From: an uncultured virus (IMG/VR IMGVR_UViG_3300028734_000015) | Taxonomy: Duplodnaviria; Heunggongvirae; Uroviricota; Caudoviricetes | Virus record (IMG/VR): IMGVR_UViG_3300028734_000015 | Reading direction: 5' to 3' (one strand) | DNA: 31,512 nt | In this document: in pieces, positions 1 through 10,427 of the stretch | How positions within the stretch are numbered: position 1 is the stretch's first letter | Layout of the letters: each line of letters begins with the position of its first letter | Position numbers and translations under genes: made by a program | The notes under the pieces: generated by a model | What the model saw: only the letters and a program-made list of their open reading frames with translations | Databases searched by the model: none | Told to the model about the DNA's origin: nothing

Positions 1-446
1 AAAAGAATGCATTATCTATGATAGAGCATAATGTAAATCATTCTATGGTTAAAAACAATATACTTCCTGAGTCATTCAGTAGTAAGAATAGGATTGGAGC
101 ACAAGAGTATGGAGAAGCCGCATCAATGGCCGGTCAATATAATGGACTATATGCTAATGTAAAACCATCTAATATACTTACTTTTGATTTGAAAAACAAA
201 GAAATTATATCAAATATAGAAAGTGTAGTTGAGCCCACTGTAACTGATGTAGTTAATGAGCCAAATAAAGTAGAAGAGACTACATTCACAGTAGAGGATA
301 TGCCTAGTGATGGCATTGATAAAAAGCAAATAGAAACTATAAATGAAGGCTTTAAAAGGTCAGGATTAAAAGAAATGACAGAAGAACAATTTAATAGCAT
401 GGATAAAGACCTGCTAGAGTCACTTAAAGCCTGTTTTGGCGCATAA
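1..446 (+). CDS. 3' end of a large upstream protein (5'-truncated; possibly one of the big crAss-like virion cargo/RNAP-cluster proteins)
   Basis: The frame is open from the window edge (AAG AAT GCA TTA TCT ATG...). Acidic low-complexity C-terminus ends 10 nt before the next large gene. Confidence 0.6.
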   Translation, partial: KNALSMIEHNVNHSMVKNNILPESFSSKNRIGAQEYGEAASMAGQYNGLYANVKPSNILTFDLKNKEIISNIESVVEPTVTDVVNEPNKVEETTFTVEDMPSDGIDKKQIETINEGFKRSGLKEMTEEQFNSMDKDLLESLKACFGA

Positions 447-456
447 AATAATATAT

Positions 457-3400
457 ATGAAACATTGTGTTAATATACAATCAATTGCGTTTAAAACGCT
501 TGTAAATGAGTCTGAGACACACCCTATAATGCTTGCTGCAAAAATGGGTGTGTGGATGGATAGAAACAATACTGATGAGTGGCCAAATTTAGAGCAACTA
601 AACGAGTTAGGCAATTTAGATATGATAAGTCCAGTTGTCAGTAAATCTGGTTTCTATCCTAGTTTGCCAAATAAAAGTATTGATGACCTATATAATAAGA
701 ATTTATCGGTAATGCAAACTGCTGTAAATTCACTAAATAAGGAGTATTATAATAAGTTTATATCAAAGACAAAATTTAATCAATTAACTAGAAAGTATAA
801 TAAATTTGACAAATCAAACATAGAAGTATATATTGTAGATAATAAATCTGCAGATTTTATTAATCCTAGTGATGTTTCTGTTAGATTTAGAGTAAAAGAG
901 TCTTCAATTCAATTGGCATATGCCTCCGCAGTAAAGTCTAATAATGAAATTGCCAATACCCCATTTTCTGATTCTGAAAAGATAAGTATGGCTACTGATA
1001 AGCCTAAATCTATTATATCTCCAGAACAAACAGAGATAAATTTTGATGCTAAATTAAATTCATCTCAATTGGGAATAGCTAATCCAATGTCAAATTCTAC
1101 TATAAATGTAGTATCTAATATTGCCGATAGATTTAAAACTAGATTTGGAATTGGATATGAAGTAGTTTCACCAGAAGAAGCAGTTCGTTTATATAATGAA
1201 GGGTCTCCAGATAGTAAATACATAAAAGGTAACAATGGATTACTAGGATTCTATGATTCAGAAAAGAATATGTCTTATTTAGTATCAAATAGACTTAGTG
1301 CTAAAACTACTATGCACGAAATGTTTGGACATCCATTCTTAAATATGCTTAAGAACAACCCAGATTTAGTACATATATATAATCAGTTAGCATTAGAGGC
1401 AGTTGCTCATTCCGATGAACTGTCGGATATAACAAAATTATATAGTAACTATTCGTCTCCTGAAAAATTAGACGAACTAATAAACACTGTGTTAGAGGAT
1501 AAGTTTACTAGGAAGTTAAAAGAACTAAATAATATATCTACATCTGATGGAAAGTCTAAATCTAGATTTAGCAAATTACTTGATGCTATTAGTAATTATT
1601 TCAAACAATTTAGTAAATTCATTAATAAACTTTTCGATAAATCTAATCCAATAGAAGAAATCAGGCCTGATGCTACGATCGATAATCTTGCTGATTACTT
1701 GATATATGGAGATGGTAAATTAAACTTAATAGGGGGAGAGCAGGCAATAAGAACTGAGTCTGAAATAAGTAATCTATTATCTCATATCGATGCTAAACGT
1801 TTTGATGAGTTTAAACAAAGAAAAATAACACTTAATGAAGCTATTAAATTTAATGATGATTTAACTAGAGAATTAGTAAACCAAAATTTAGTTGATACCG
1901 GAATATATGATATAGATTTTACTAGGAAAAACTTACTATCTAAATTATCATATGTAGATTTTGATAATAAATCTATAGAATATTCTAGTGGGAATAAGAT
2001 GGCCACATTTGAATCTTATAATTTAGGGAATTCACTTTTAATCTCTAATATCTCCATAAAAGACAATACTAAAAATGTAGACATTCCATTTATTCTTAGA
2101 TCAATAGTTGAGTCTTTAGATAAATCAAATGCCAATGAGATTTTATTAAAAATAGATCCAAGTGATAATTTATACAAAGATATTCTTTCTGCATTTAAAG
2201 AAGATTCTATATATACTAAAAATGTCGATGGAGAACGATATGTTGCAATAAGTAAGAATAGCGAAACTATCTCAAATATGGCTTCTTTAGGTAGAAAGTC
2301 AAAATTGAGAGAGGCTGCTAAAATAGTAATACCTTCTGCAAAAGAAAAAGAATCTTCATTACCTACTCAGTTAGAAATAGCCACCAGTAATGCTGAGACA
2401 TTAATGCATAATATAAAAGTAGGATTAAATACAAATTTAAAAATACTTGAAAGGAATAAAAATACAGATGCACATACTTTTAATAGTATGAAAAATCTTA
2501 TAAATTCTATTGATAATGCAGATGCGGCTACAAGTGCTATCAGTTTCTTGAAATTTGCTGAGTTAGATGTTGCTAAAACTAGTTTAAAATTACTAGACAT
2601 ATCTAATGCAATGAAAAATAATGAGGATATAGCATCTTCTGATGTTATGTTTATTAATAGAGATTTTCTACCATTATACAAAAGCGTAATGGACTCTATT
2701 CGTACTATATATGAATCTAGAGATTTTGGAATATTTAATAGTCTACCAAAACACGTTGTAGATGACCTTGTTCATCAAGTATCTGGTATAAATAAGACTA
2801 TTGACGAAATGAGTAGGACAGTTAAGTCTGTTATAAACTATAATGCAACTAAAATATTTGCTAGTATAGCAGATGAAGCTAAATCTCCTACAATGAAGGA
2901 GGTTCTTAAGAAAAGTAATGAGGTCGATAGTGATTTATCATCTATGGGTGTATTCCTTGGTAGTTTGCAAAATAAAAGATCTGAGCACTTGAGGGCTTTG
3001 GATAAAATGATTGTAGATATACAGACTAATATAACTAAAATAGTAGCTACTGATGGTACTCTAAATGATTTAGCAAACTCTTTTACTAATATAAAAAGAA
3101 CTAATCCTATCGCTACTTATAATGAGTTTATGGAGCATGTTGATGGAAAAACTACTGGGTATATTACATCTGATCTATTAAGAGGAAAATTCAATAAAGA
3201 TATATCTGAATTTAGAAAGGCACTTGCTAAAAAGTACGGACTAACTAGTGATTATGCTACTCCATCTGACGCTAATGATTTTAAACAATACAATGAGGAG
3301 TTTGATAAATGGAAATCTGATCATTCAGAAAGAATGTTTTTGCCAGAATACTATAATGCTAAAAAAACTCTATCTTCTGAGGCCTCAGAAGCTCTAAATG

Positions 3401-6400
3401 ACGCAAAACAAAATATGGCTTCGTTTGGATTGGCGTTTAAGAATGCTGATGGAATTATAGATACTAGATTAATGACTCCGGCTGATCTTAACGCATATCA
3501 TGAACTTAGAATAATTAAGAATAATTTAGCATCTACGGTAAATCTCAATGGAGATGAGAAACTAAAAGGGAGTATTGAGAGGAATATAGCAGATGAAATA
3601 TCTGATTTCTACAAACGAATAAATAAGGGAATAAATTATAAAACTAAGATAGATCTTTTTAATGAAACATATAAAAATGTTGTGAAAGAGATGTCTCAGG
3701 ATGATGCAAATACATGGTTTAAAAATAATACTAAAGTTTCATTTACTCAAGAATGGTGGGATAAATTAACATCAATTGAAAAAAATCCACAACTACCAGC
3801 ATATGATGATTTGTATGAAAGAAGAAAAGCTATATTAAACACTTATAGAAACCCAGATACAATGGAAGTCCCTGCTGCTAGGTTAGAATCCATTGTAAAT
3901 AGTAATGGTGAGACTTTGGCTAATTTGGTAAAGAAAATTGATCTAGCTTTAAATAGTGCAAGAATTAAATATGGTCAAAAACCGGGATTGCAATTTAAAG
4001 ATATAGCAAAAATAGAACCTACTGATGAATATAAAAAGGCTTTAAGGGCTGCAGTGCAAGAAGCCTCTATGGGTAATACTAGAGCTGTTGCCGAGTTTGA
4101 TGAAAGGACTGCATATACAGATGGGAATGGATATAGACAATTATATTCTTTATGGACTAAATTATCTCCAAAAGATCAAAAAGATATATTTAATGAGCCT
4201 AATTCTCTATGGTCAGAAATGAGTCCAGATTCAGAGTATATAAATTCAAACTTTGATCCAGATTCGTCAGAAGAAGGTATGATTCCTAAAAGATCTTTAT
4301 ATGACAATAAACATGCATATGATCTAATTCAGAATTCTCCAGCAAAAAAAGATTTTCATGATAAGTTAATAGCTGGATATGCAAAAGCAAATGCTAATTA
4401 TGATTATATTCAACACCCATCTAAATATAGGTTAGCCCAGATACCTGGAAAGTTTCTAGATAGGGCAATACGTGGAGATAGATTTATGTCTGGATTTGCA
4501 TCGGCAATGAAAGATAAAGTAAAATGGAAGGCCTACGACAATATGGAAGGAGACTACGATACTAAAGGTGATTATAGGATAGATGGTAGTAAAGTAAGAT
4601 TTGTTCCTACTAAGTATCGCTCTATGCTAGAAGACAGAGATAGTATCTCTAGAGACGTATTAGGCGCATTTGCTGAGTACTATAAAGCCGCAGTAAATTT
4701 TAGAGAAATGTCTAAGCATTCAAATGACATTGATTTATTACTCGAATCCATAAAGAATCTATCCGTAAGAGATACTAGTAAAAAGGAGATAAAGGGTCCA
4801 GGACAAAGTAATATATATAACAGGGCTTCTAACTTTGTATCTAATACTGTATATGGAGATCAGATGGCTAATCAATATAATCTAAAGATACTTAGTAATA
4901 CTAGATCTATATCTATTGCAAAGCCAGTAAGAGATTTCATTAATTATGTAAGAAAGTTAATGCTTTCTGGAAATTTATTCTCTATAGTTGGTAATTTTTC
5001 TGCATCTGCGATCAATCTAAAGACCGAAGCTACGTGTGGTATATGGTTGAACAATGGAGGTCTATTAAAGGGCATGAGAGAGCTTACAATGTCTTTACCG
5101 AGCCTTATCGCTAGAGACAATGCTTCTTTCTCAAACAATAAACTTATATCCTTTATGAGGGCGTTTGAGGTTACTAAATCTCAACATAGAGACATGCAAA
5201 ATCTGCATGGATTCTCTCCAGTAAAGAACTTACTTTCTAATTTTCATTACGGTCCATATACTGCTGGGGATTTGGTAGTTAAAGGTCCAATGATGGTTGG
5301 AGTTCTTAGTAACTTTAGACCATTTGAAGGTAAATTTTACTCTAGAGAGGAATTCATAACAGAGAGGTTCCCTGGTAAAAGATCTGAAGGAGAATTGATA
5401 TTCGATTCTATTGAGGGTAATCTATATGATGCATTCAAAGTGGTTGATGGAAACCTTAAAATAGACCCTAAATATGCATCAATAATGAATGAAAAGACAT
5501 GGAATTATGTTGCAAACATAGTACATGATCTTGGAAGTAAATTAGACGGTACTTTGACTCAGGCTGATAAAGGTAAATTACATACTGATGCATTTGCTTC
5601 TGCTTTATTCTTAAATAGAGGGTGGATGCAGGTTGCTGCAGAGCAAAGATTTGCTACTAAGAAATATAATTATAGGAAACAACAAATGGCATCAGGTACT
5701 TTAATGACTCCTGGAGCGTCTGCTAAGATTATGATGAGTTTTTTAGCAGAGAAATTGACTGAAATGTCTAAATTTAATTTAACGCATTTAGGTAAAATGA
5801 GTCATATGCAAGATAAATACGAAGCAAATGACATATATAACTTCAGAAAAACACTTGGAGATATATCTAAATTAATATTGGTAGCTGCTGCCACATTGTT
5901 TGCCAAATCATTTGTAGGAAGTTCTGATGATGATAAAAAAAGATCTATAGAACAGTTTATTTTTACTCTATTAATGCGAACGGAAATGGAGTTAGGATCA
6001 AGTATGTCTCCTGCTGATGCATTCGGATTAATACAGTCTCCCACAACAGCTCAAGGGCCTATAACTGAGTTAAAAGAGGTATCTGATGGATTCTTTGATG
6101 GTACATTATTTGATCAAGTTCAAGGTGGTAGATATATGTACTATAAGAAATGGCAAAAGTCATTAATTAAATTAACTCCAGGGTATAAAAACTACTTTGA
6201 AAACTTTATTAAACCCGATTTAAAGGCACGTGAGTACTTTATGAGTAAGAATATGATTGGAATATATAACTTGACTCAGGGAGTTGCTAACATGTTTGAT
6301 AGTACGCACGATAATGCTGATAAGATTAAACAATTAGAGAAACAGAAGTTCGAGAATAAAAGTGTCATAGATAAAGGGGAAAATTCATATAAGCCACTTT

Positions 6401-6525
6401 TCTATCATGAAACTAAGGAAGATAAACTTAGACAGAGAGTCAATGCCAGAAAAAAAGCCAGAGGTTCTAAAATTCTGAATAGAAAAATAAAAATGTTGAA
6501 TAGAGACAGGAATTCCGGGTTGTGA
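457..6525 (+). CDS. Very large (~2020 aa) crAss-like virion cargo-type protein with a zincin-like metalloprotease motif
   Basis: 2029-aa ORF; the ATG at 457 (MKHCVN...) is preferred over the TTG at 436. Contains TMHEMFGHPFL (HExxxH-type) followed by ...LDELI. Size, last position in the + strand block and convergence with a replication module match crAss-like genome organisation. Confidence 0.7.
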   Translation: MKHCVNIQSIAFKTLVNESETHPIMLAAKMGVWMDRNNTDEWPNLEQLNELGNLDMISPVVSKSGFYPSLPNKSIDDLYNKNLSVMQTAVNSLNKEYYNKFISKTKFNQLTRKYNKFDKSNIEVYIVDNKSADFINPSDVSVRFRVKESSIQLAYASAVKSNNEIANTPFSDSEKISMATDKPKSIISPEQTEINFDAKLNSSQLGIANPMSNSTINVVSNIADRFKTRFGIGYEVVSPEEAVRLYNEGSPDSKYIKGNNGLLGFYDSEKNMSYLVSNRLSAKTTMHEMFGHPFLNMLKNNPDLVHIYNQLALEAVAHSDELSDITKLYSNYSSPEKLDELINTVLEDKFTRKLKELNNISTSDGKSKSRFSKLLDAISNYFKQFSKFINKLFDKSNPIEEIRPDATIDNLADYLIYGDGKLNLIGGEQAIRTESEISNLLSHIDAKRFDEFKQRKITLNEAIKFNDDLTRELVNQNLVDTGIYDIDFTRKNLLSKLSYVDFDNKSIEYSSGNKMATFESYNLGNSLLISNISIKDNTKNVDIPFILRSIVESLDKSNANEILLKIDPSDNLYKDILSAFKEDSIYTKNVDGERYVAISKNSETISNMASLGRKSKLREAAKIVIPSAKEKESSLPTQLEIATSNAETLMHNIKVGLNTNLKILERNKNTDAHTFNSMKNLINSIDNADAATSAISFLKFAELDVAKTSLKLLDISNAMKNNEDIASSDVMFINRDFLPLYKSVMDSIRTIYESRDFGIFNSLPKHVVDDLVHQVSGINKTIDEMSRTVKSVINYNATKIFASIADEAKSPTMKEVLKKSNEVDSDLSSMGVFLGSLQNKRSEHLRALDKMIVDIQTNITKIVATDGTLNDLANSFTNIKRTNPIATYNEFMEHVDGKTTGYITSDLLRGKFNKDISEFRKALAKKYGLTSDYATPSDANDFKQYNEEFDKWKSDHSERMFLPEYYNAKKTLSSEASEALNDAKQNMASFGLAFKNADGIIDTRLMTPADLNAYHELRIIKNNLASTVNLNGDEKLKGSIERNIADEISDFYKRINKGINYKTKIDLFNETYKNVVKEMSQDDANTWFKNNTKVSFTQEWWDKLTSIEKNPQLPAYDDLYERRKAILNTYRNPDTMEVPAARLESIVNSNGETLANLVKKIDLALNSARIKYGQKPGLQFKDIAKIEPTDEYKKALRAAVQEASMGNTRAVAEFDERTAYTDGNGYRQLYSLWTKLSPKDQKDIFNEPNSLWSEMSPDSEYINSNFDPDSSEEGMIPKRSLYDNKHAYDLIQNSPAKKDFHDKLIAGYAKANANYDYIQHPSKYRLAQIPGKFLDRAIRGDRFMSGFASAMKDKVKWKAYDNMEGDYDTKGDYRIDGSKVRFVPTKYRSMLEDRDSISRDVLGAFAEYYKAAVNFREMSKHSNDIDLLLESIKNLSVRDTSKKEIKGPGQSNIYNRASNFVSNTVYGDQMANQYNLKILSNTRSISIAKPVRDFINYVRKLMLSGNLFSIVGNFSASAINLKTEATCGIWLNNGGLLKGMRELTMSLPSLIARDNASFSNNKLISFMRAFEVTKSQHRDMQNLHGFSPVKNLLSNFHYGPYTAGDLVVKGPMMVGVLSNFRPFEGKFYSREEFITERFPGKRSEGELIFDSIEGNLYDAFKVVDGNLKIDPKYASIMNEKTWNYVANIVHDLGSKLDGTLTQADKGKLHTDAFASALFLNRGWMQVAAEQRFATKKYNYRKQQMASGTLMTPGASAKIMMSFLAEKLTEMSKFNLTHLGKMSHMQDKYEANDIYNFRKTLGDISKLILVAAATLFAKSFVGSSDDDKKRSIEQFIFTLLMRTEMELGSSMSPADAFGLIQSPTTAQGPITELKEVSDGFFDGTLFDQVQGGRYMYYKKWQKSLIKLTPGYKNYFENFIKPDLKAREYFMSKNMIGIYNLTQGVANMFDSTHDNADKIKQLEKQKFENKSVIDKGENSYKPLFYHETKEDKLRQRVNARKKARGSKILNRKIKMLNRDRNSGL

Positions 6526-6566
6526 TGGAAGGAGTTGAAAGAGTATAAAAAAAATATATAAACATA

Positions 6567-6611
6567 GTGCCGGTAGCGAGTTAATCCTCACTGTCGGCAT
6601 TTTTGTTTTTA
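6567..6611 (+). terminator. Intrinsic terminator at the convergence of the two transcription blocks
   Basis: TGCCGGTAGCGAG-ttaatc-CTCACTGTCGGCA hairpin followed by TTTTTGTTTTT. Confidence 0.8.
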
Positions 6612-6663
6612 TTATTTGTTGGCTCTATTCCTATATCTGCAGGATCGTAGAAGTCTAATGAAT

Positions 6664-7197
6664 TTACCATGACTCCTCCCTTAGATTGAATGATATGATT
6701 GATAAATCAAAATCATCTTCTATGTAATCTTCTTCAGGTAACACTTCTTTCGTTATGTCTTCCTTTGGATTTCCTTCTTCAAATAGAACTTTGAATAGTT
6801 TAGAATCTGCTTTTAGGTTCCAGAATTTGAATATTTTTATCTTTATATCGTACCTTAAATTAAATATTTTATTGTCTAATATTAGGTTTTTACTTGATAA
6901 GTATTCATCTTTTATTTTTATTGCATAAGACTTTACAAATACTCCTGATATCCTGTAATGTGATATCATGTCTTGTTTCTTGTCTTTTGTTATTGAGTCT
7001 ACTTCTATTGTTCTAAACATCGAGGTATCAAATACTAAATGTATGTGATTATCCAAATATGGTTTATTTATGTCGTGATTAAATGCATTCATTAATGCTG
7101 TTTCGTATCCTTCTAAATAATTCTCAGCCTTACCTTCCTCTGTTGTTAATGGAAGTAATAGAAATAGTGATAAATTATAATTGTCATTTAATATCAT
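6664..7197 (-). CDS. Hypothetical protein
   Basis: ORF with an acidic C-terminus; ATG at 7197 overlaps the end of the nuclease gene (alternative start 7221). Confidence 0.7.
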   Translation of the reverse strand: MILNDNYNLSLFLLLPLTTEEGKAENYLEGYETALMNAFNHDINKPYLDNHIHLVFDTSMFRTIEVDSITKDKKQDMISHYRISGVFVKSYAIKIKDEYLSSKNLILDNKIFNLRYDIKIKIFKFWNLKADSKLFKVLFEEGNPKEDITKEVLPEEDYIEDDFDLSIISFNLREESW

Positions 7198-8185
7198 AAA
7201 GTAATGATTCTGTACCATCACCTTCGTAATATTCTCTTGTGTAATCCCATAGTCCGCATTTAAAATGCCAATCTATTTCTGATAAGTCTTGTGTTACTTC
7301 TGTTGCCTTTTGCATTATGATTGAATCTGGAACACTTAAAACTTTTACTTCATTGCTACCGTTTTCAATGGTCACAATATATGTTTCGTTTGTATATTCC
7401 TCGATATCTAAATTAAGTTCGTGTCTAAAATACCAATATATCGCCATCCAATAGAATGCCATTTGCTGCCCATAATCGTATTTCACAAATGAATCTGCGA
7501 AATTGCTATTACTAAGTGTCGTTTTTATATCGATTAATTTTATTACTTTCTTTTTGTGGTCAATAATTAGTCTATCCAATAGAGACTTGCATGCTATTTT
7601 CACGCCATCTGAATTTGTATATTCCCAATTAATATGGAACTCGTTCTGAGTTATTACCTCAGGCGATTCCTCGTTAGTTAATATTAGTTCGTTTGCTTTT
7701 TTGTGTAGCAAAACGTTCTCTTTTGAAATCTTTAATGAATTAAATTGAGACCAGGTCATTGTTTTTTGTCCTGATTTGTTATTTCGTAGCCATTTTATAT
7801 ATGATTTTAATTTTAAAGCCATTTCTAGGGCCGTAGCCTCAATAACTTCTCCAGTCTTTCCAGTTGTGCTATAATTAGATATAAATGCCTCTACGGCCTT
7901 TAAAACTACTGTAGGAGCCTTGCTATCAATATAATCCTGGCAAAACTTTTTTTGTTGTGCTGAAGTTGGCGTTACGAAATTCAATGCTTTGTACATTGAC
8001 TTAAATTCATTTGGTTGTAATAGGAAAGCATGCTTCATTGTTCCATTTTCCATTGCTGGAGATGTCTCATTTGGTATCTTTCCATCTAACTTATCTTTGA
8101 AGTATCTTGGGGATATGTGGAACCAATTTAAACTGGATCTTGACACACGCGAATTGTCTTCGTAATAAGGAATTGAAATATCCAT
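7184..8185 (-). CDS. PD-(D/E)xK nuclease (RecE/exonuclease VIII-like)
   Basis: N-terminal SRSSL and GTMKHAFLL; catalytic KSLLDRL...LIDIKT; YGQQMAFY motif. Confidence 0.8.
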   Translation of the reverse strand: MDISIPYYEDNSRVSRSSLNWFHISPRYFKDKLDGKIPNETSPAMENGTMKHAFLLQPNEFKSMYKALNFVTPTSAQQKKFCQDYIDSKAPTVVLKAVEAFISNYSTTGKTGEVIEATALEMALKLKSYIKWLRNNKSGQKTMTWSQFNSLKISKENVLLHKKANELILTNEESPEVITQNEFHINWEYTNSDGVKIACKSLLDRLIIDHKKKVIKLIDIKTTLSNSNFADSFVKYDYGQQMAFYWMAIYWYFRHELNLDIEEYTNETYIVTIENGSNEVKVLSVPDSIIMQKATEVTQDLSEIDWHFKCGLWDYTREYYEGDGTESLLYDIK

Positions 8186-8202
8186 TTCTATTTGGTTTAA
8201 GT

Positions 8203-8258
8203 AAAAAAATAAGCACGAGGGTCACGTTATCGTCTTCTGAATTCAAACCCTCGTGCTT
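8203..8258 (-). terminator. Terminator-like hairpin
   Basis: 12-bp inverted repeat AAGCACGAGGGT (8211-8222) / ACCCTCGTGCTT (8247-8258), followed on the - strand by ATTTTTTT; the loop is unusually long (24 nt). Confidence 0.55.
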
Positions 8259-8279
8259 TGCTAACCCCTTAGCATATCT

Positions 8280-8600
8280 TTATGCGGCTAATTTAGTACC
8301 GAAGAATTCGAAATATAACTTTTCGATAGTTTCTTTGGTTTTTGCTGCATCTTCTTTTTTCTTTTCAATCTTCAATAATTTGTTAACGTCCAAATCTTCA
8401 ATGTTTTCAACTAATTTGTTAAATTCATTTTCCGCTTCAATTAACTGGTCTAAACAAAAGTCTGCAGCTGATTCGAATTTGCGTTTAATTGAACGTTCCA
8501 CGAGTGGTTCTTTCAATTTCTTTGCAATATCTGCTGTCATGTTATAGAATTTCTTAAATAAATTCTCTTTTGTCACCAATGTTGGTTTTGCTGCTTCCAT
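8280..8600 (-). CDS. Hypothetical coiled-coil protein
   Basis: 106-aa ORF, helical and E/K-rich, tightly packed with its neighbours. Confidence 0.75.
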   Translation of the reverse strand: MEAAKPTLVTKENLFKKFYNMTADIAKKLKEPLVERSIKRKFESAADFCLDQLIEAENEFNKLVENIEDLDVNKLLKIEKKKEDAAKTKETIEKLYFEFFGTKLAA

Positions 8601-8601
8601 T

Positions 8602-9075
8602 TTAATAGTCTGTTTTAATTGTAATAAATGTTGTGTAGTCTAATATCTTTATTGGGTTAGCATCGTTTTTTAGTCTCTCGACTTTCTGCTCTAGTTCCTC
8701 AAGTATTTTGCTATTCCATATTGATTTAGCAGTGCTTATTTGGCTATATAAATCTTTTACGCAAGTCATAGACTTTGATAACGATATATCTTTTTCCATA
8801 ATTGTTTCTCTCCAGTCGCATTCCATTTTCTCTTCTATTTGCTCAATTGGTACTATCGAATATGTATCACTAGAACCTAATGCTATATACCAAGTTCTTC
8901 CATATGATTTATCTGCATCTCTTGGCGTAAATGTAAATGCTGTTCTATGTTTTGTAAATGTCAAGCATCCATATATTTCTTTTGAATCTTTGTACTTTTT
9001 GTGCCAAACTGCTATTTTGCCTGGTTCACCAATTGCTATTATGTGTTTTAAAAATTCTTTTGTTTCTTCTTTCAT
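8602..9075 (-). CDS. Hypothetical protein
   Basis: 157-aa ORF with an AT-rich leader, 1 nt from the next gene. Confidence 0.75.
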   Translation of the reverse strand: MKEETKEFLKHIIAIGEPGKIAVWHKKYKDSKEIYGCLTFTKHRTAFTFTPRDADKSYGRTWYIALGSSDTYSIVPIEQIEEKMECDWRETIMEKDISLSKSMTCVKDLYSQISTAKSIWNSKILEELEQKVERLKNDANPIKILDYTTFITIKTDY

Positions 9076-9230
9076 AATTTTTAATTAAAATTACTGTTGT
9101 TACTCACCTCGGTGTTACTCCGATAAGGGGCATAGTCTAAATCCATAGATAATGCCCCTTTCCTGTTCTGTAATGAGTAGACGATTATAGGTCGTCGTCT
9201 GTATTTTTATCTTCATTCATATGTATAATA

Positions 9231-10427
9231 TTACTTATAAATGTAGAAAATATCTTCTTTTTTTGTCCCTTGCATGTCATTTTTTTTCGAAAATAATGCG
9301 AATTTAACTTCAATGTTTTTTGATTCTGCTTCAGCAAAAATAGTTATTCTCTGGTCTGTATCGTATATGGATCCGGTACCATCTGAGATTACTAATAAAT
9401 ATTGCTTTGTTTTTAGTTTTGGTAGCAATCTGATCTTTTCCAACGTGCAACGACCCATATTGTCGTCACCGCCTTCGGTAATTGCGAATACCTTTTCAGC
9501 TAAATCTGTTTTGTTTCTTATTCGTTGTGGAGCGAATTCTCCTTTTGAATACAGATGCGTATTCCAAAAGCTATTTTCTACGCTTATCCCCATTTTTACG
9601 CAATCATCATATGTTTTTTCCACTAAGGCATTTCGCCAATTGTGGTAACCACCCATACTTCCTGATCTATCAATAATGGTATGCATAAATCTTTCACTTT
9701 CAACTGTCTGTTTCAAATACAATTCTTTGCCTACTATTTTTTTCATAAACAAAGCTTTTGGTTTAATGAATTCCACAACAGATACCTTCTGTAAGTCAGA
9801 AATTTTCGACATTTGTCTATGTTTCTTCTTTTTAGAATTTGTAGTACCTTTTAATTTCTTTAACCAGGCCTCAAGTTCTTTATATCCATCCATATTTTTC
9901 AATGGATTTTTATCTTCTTGATCTTCATGTTTGTTTGAATTCTCGTCTGCACAAGTACTCTCACTTATTTTTTCTTTCTCTTTCTCAATCTCTTTTTCTG
10001 ACGGTTTATATTCCATTATGTCTTTATACTGATTGTATATTGCATTAATGGTTTTCTTTAAGATTGATCCCTCCTCATATTTCCCCGATTCAGCCATAAT
10101 GTCTGATTGCAGTGCTATTTTCTTGAGGATATCCTTGTCTTTTTCATTTTCTTCGTCTTCGAATGCTGATTGAGTTTCGTATCCGTTCAGTTTATTATAT
10201 ACGCTTGGGAGCATTACTGATTCAAATTCAGCGTTTATAGCTTTTGCTTCGTAATACTCCTTTGCACTCACTGGTCCACGCGTCTCTTCGTCAATGGCTT
10301 TTTTATATGTTCTTTCTTCTTCTGAAGCTAGTATCTTTTTAACTGATGCTAGCTTATACAGATCTTCATAATCCATATTATATTTTACATCTTGATAGAA
10401 CGCATGCGCGTTGTTTCCGGCTATCAT
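9231..10427 (-). CDS. von Willebrand factor A (vWA) domain protein, ViaA/CoxE-like partner of the MoxR ATPase
   Basis: MIDAS motif IIDRSGSMG (DxSxS) and LLVISDG; 4-nt overlap with the upstream AAA gene. Confidence 0.8.
   Translation of the reverse strand: MIAGNNAHAFYQDVKYNMDYEDLYKLASVKKILASEEERTYKKAIDEETRGPVSAKEYYEAKAINAEFESVMLPSVYNKLNGYETQSAFEDEENEKDKDILKKIALQSDIMAESGKYEEGSILKKTINAIYNQYKDIMEYKPSEKEIEKEKEKISESTCADENSNKHEDQEDKNPLKNMDGYKELEAWLKKLKGTTNSKKKKHRQMSKISDLQKVSVVEFIKPKALFMKKIVGKELYLKQTVESERFMHTIIDRSGSMGGYHNWRNALVEKTYDDCVKMGISVENSFWNTHLYSKGEFAPQRIRNKTDLAEKVFAITEGGDDNMGRCTLEKIRLLPKLKTKQYLLVISDGTGSIYDTDQRITIFAEAESKNIEVKFALFSKKNDMQGTKKEDIFYIYK

Noticed and set aside
7184..8185. Cas4 / CRISPR-associated nuclease
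   Set aside because: Lacks the Fe-S cysteine pattern, and there is no array or cas gene nearby; an ordinary phage PD-(D/E)xK exonuclease fits.
9185..9220. 11-aa micro-ORF MNEDKNTDDDL ahead of a hairpin (possible leader peptide)
   Set aside because: Too short to support from sequence alone, and no attenuator logic is evident.
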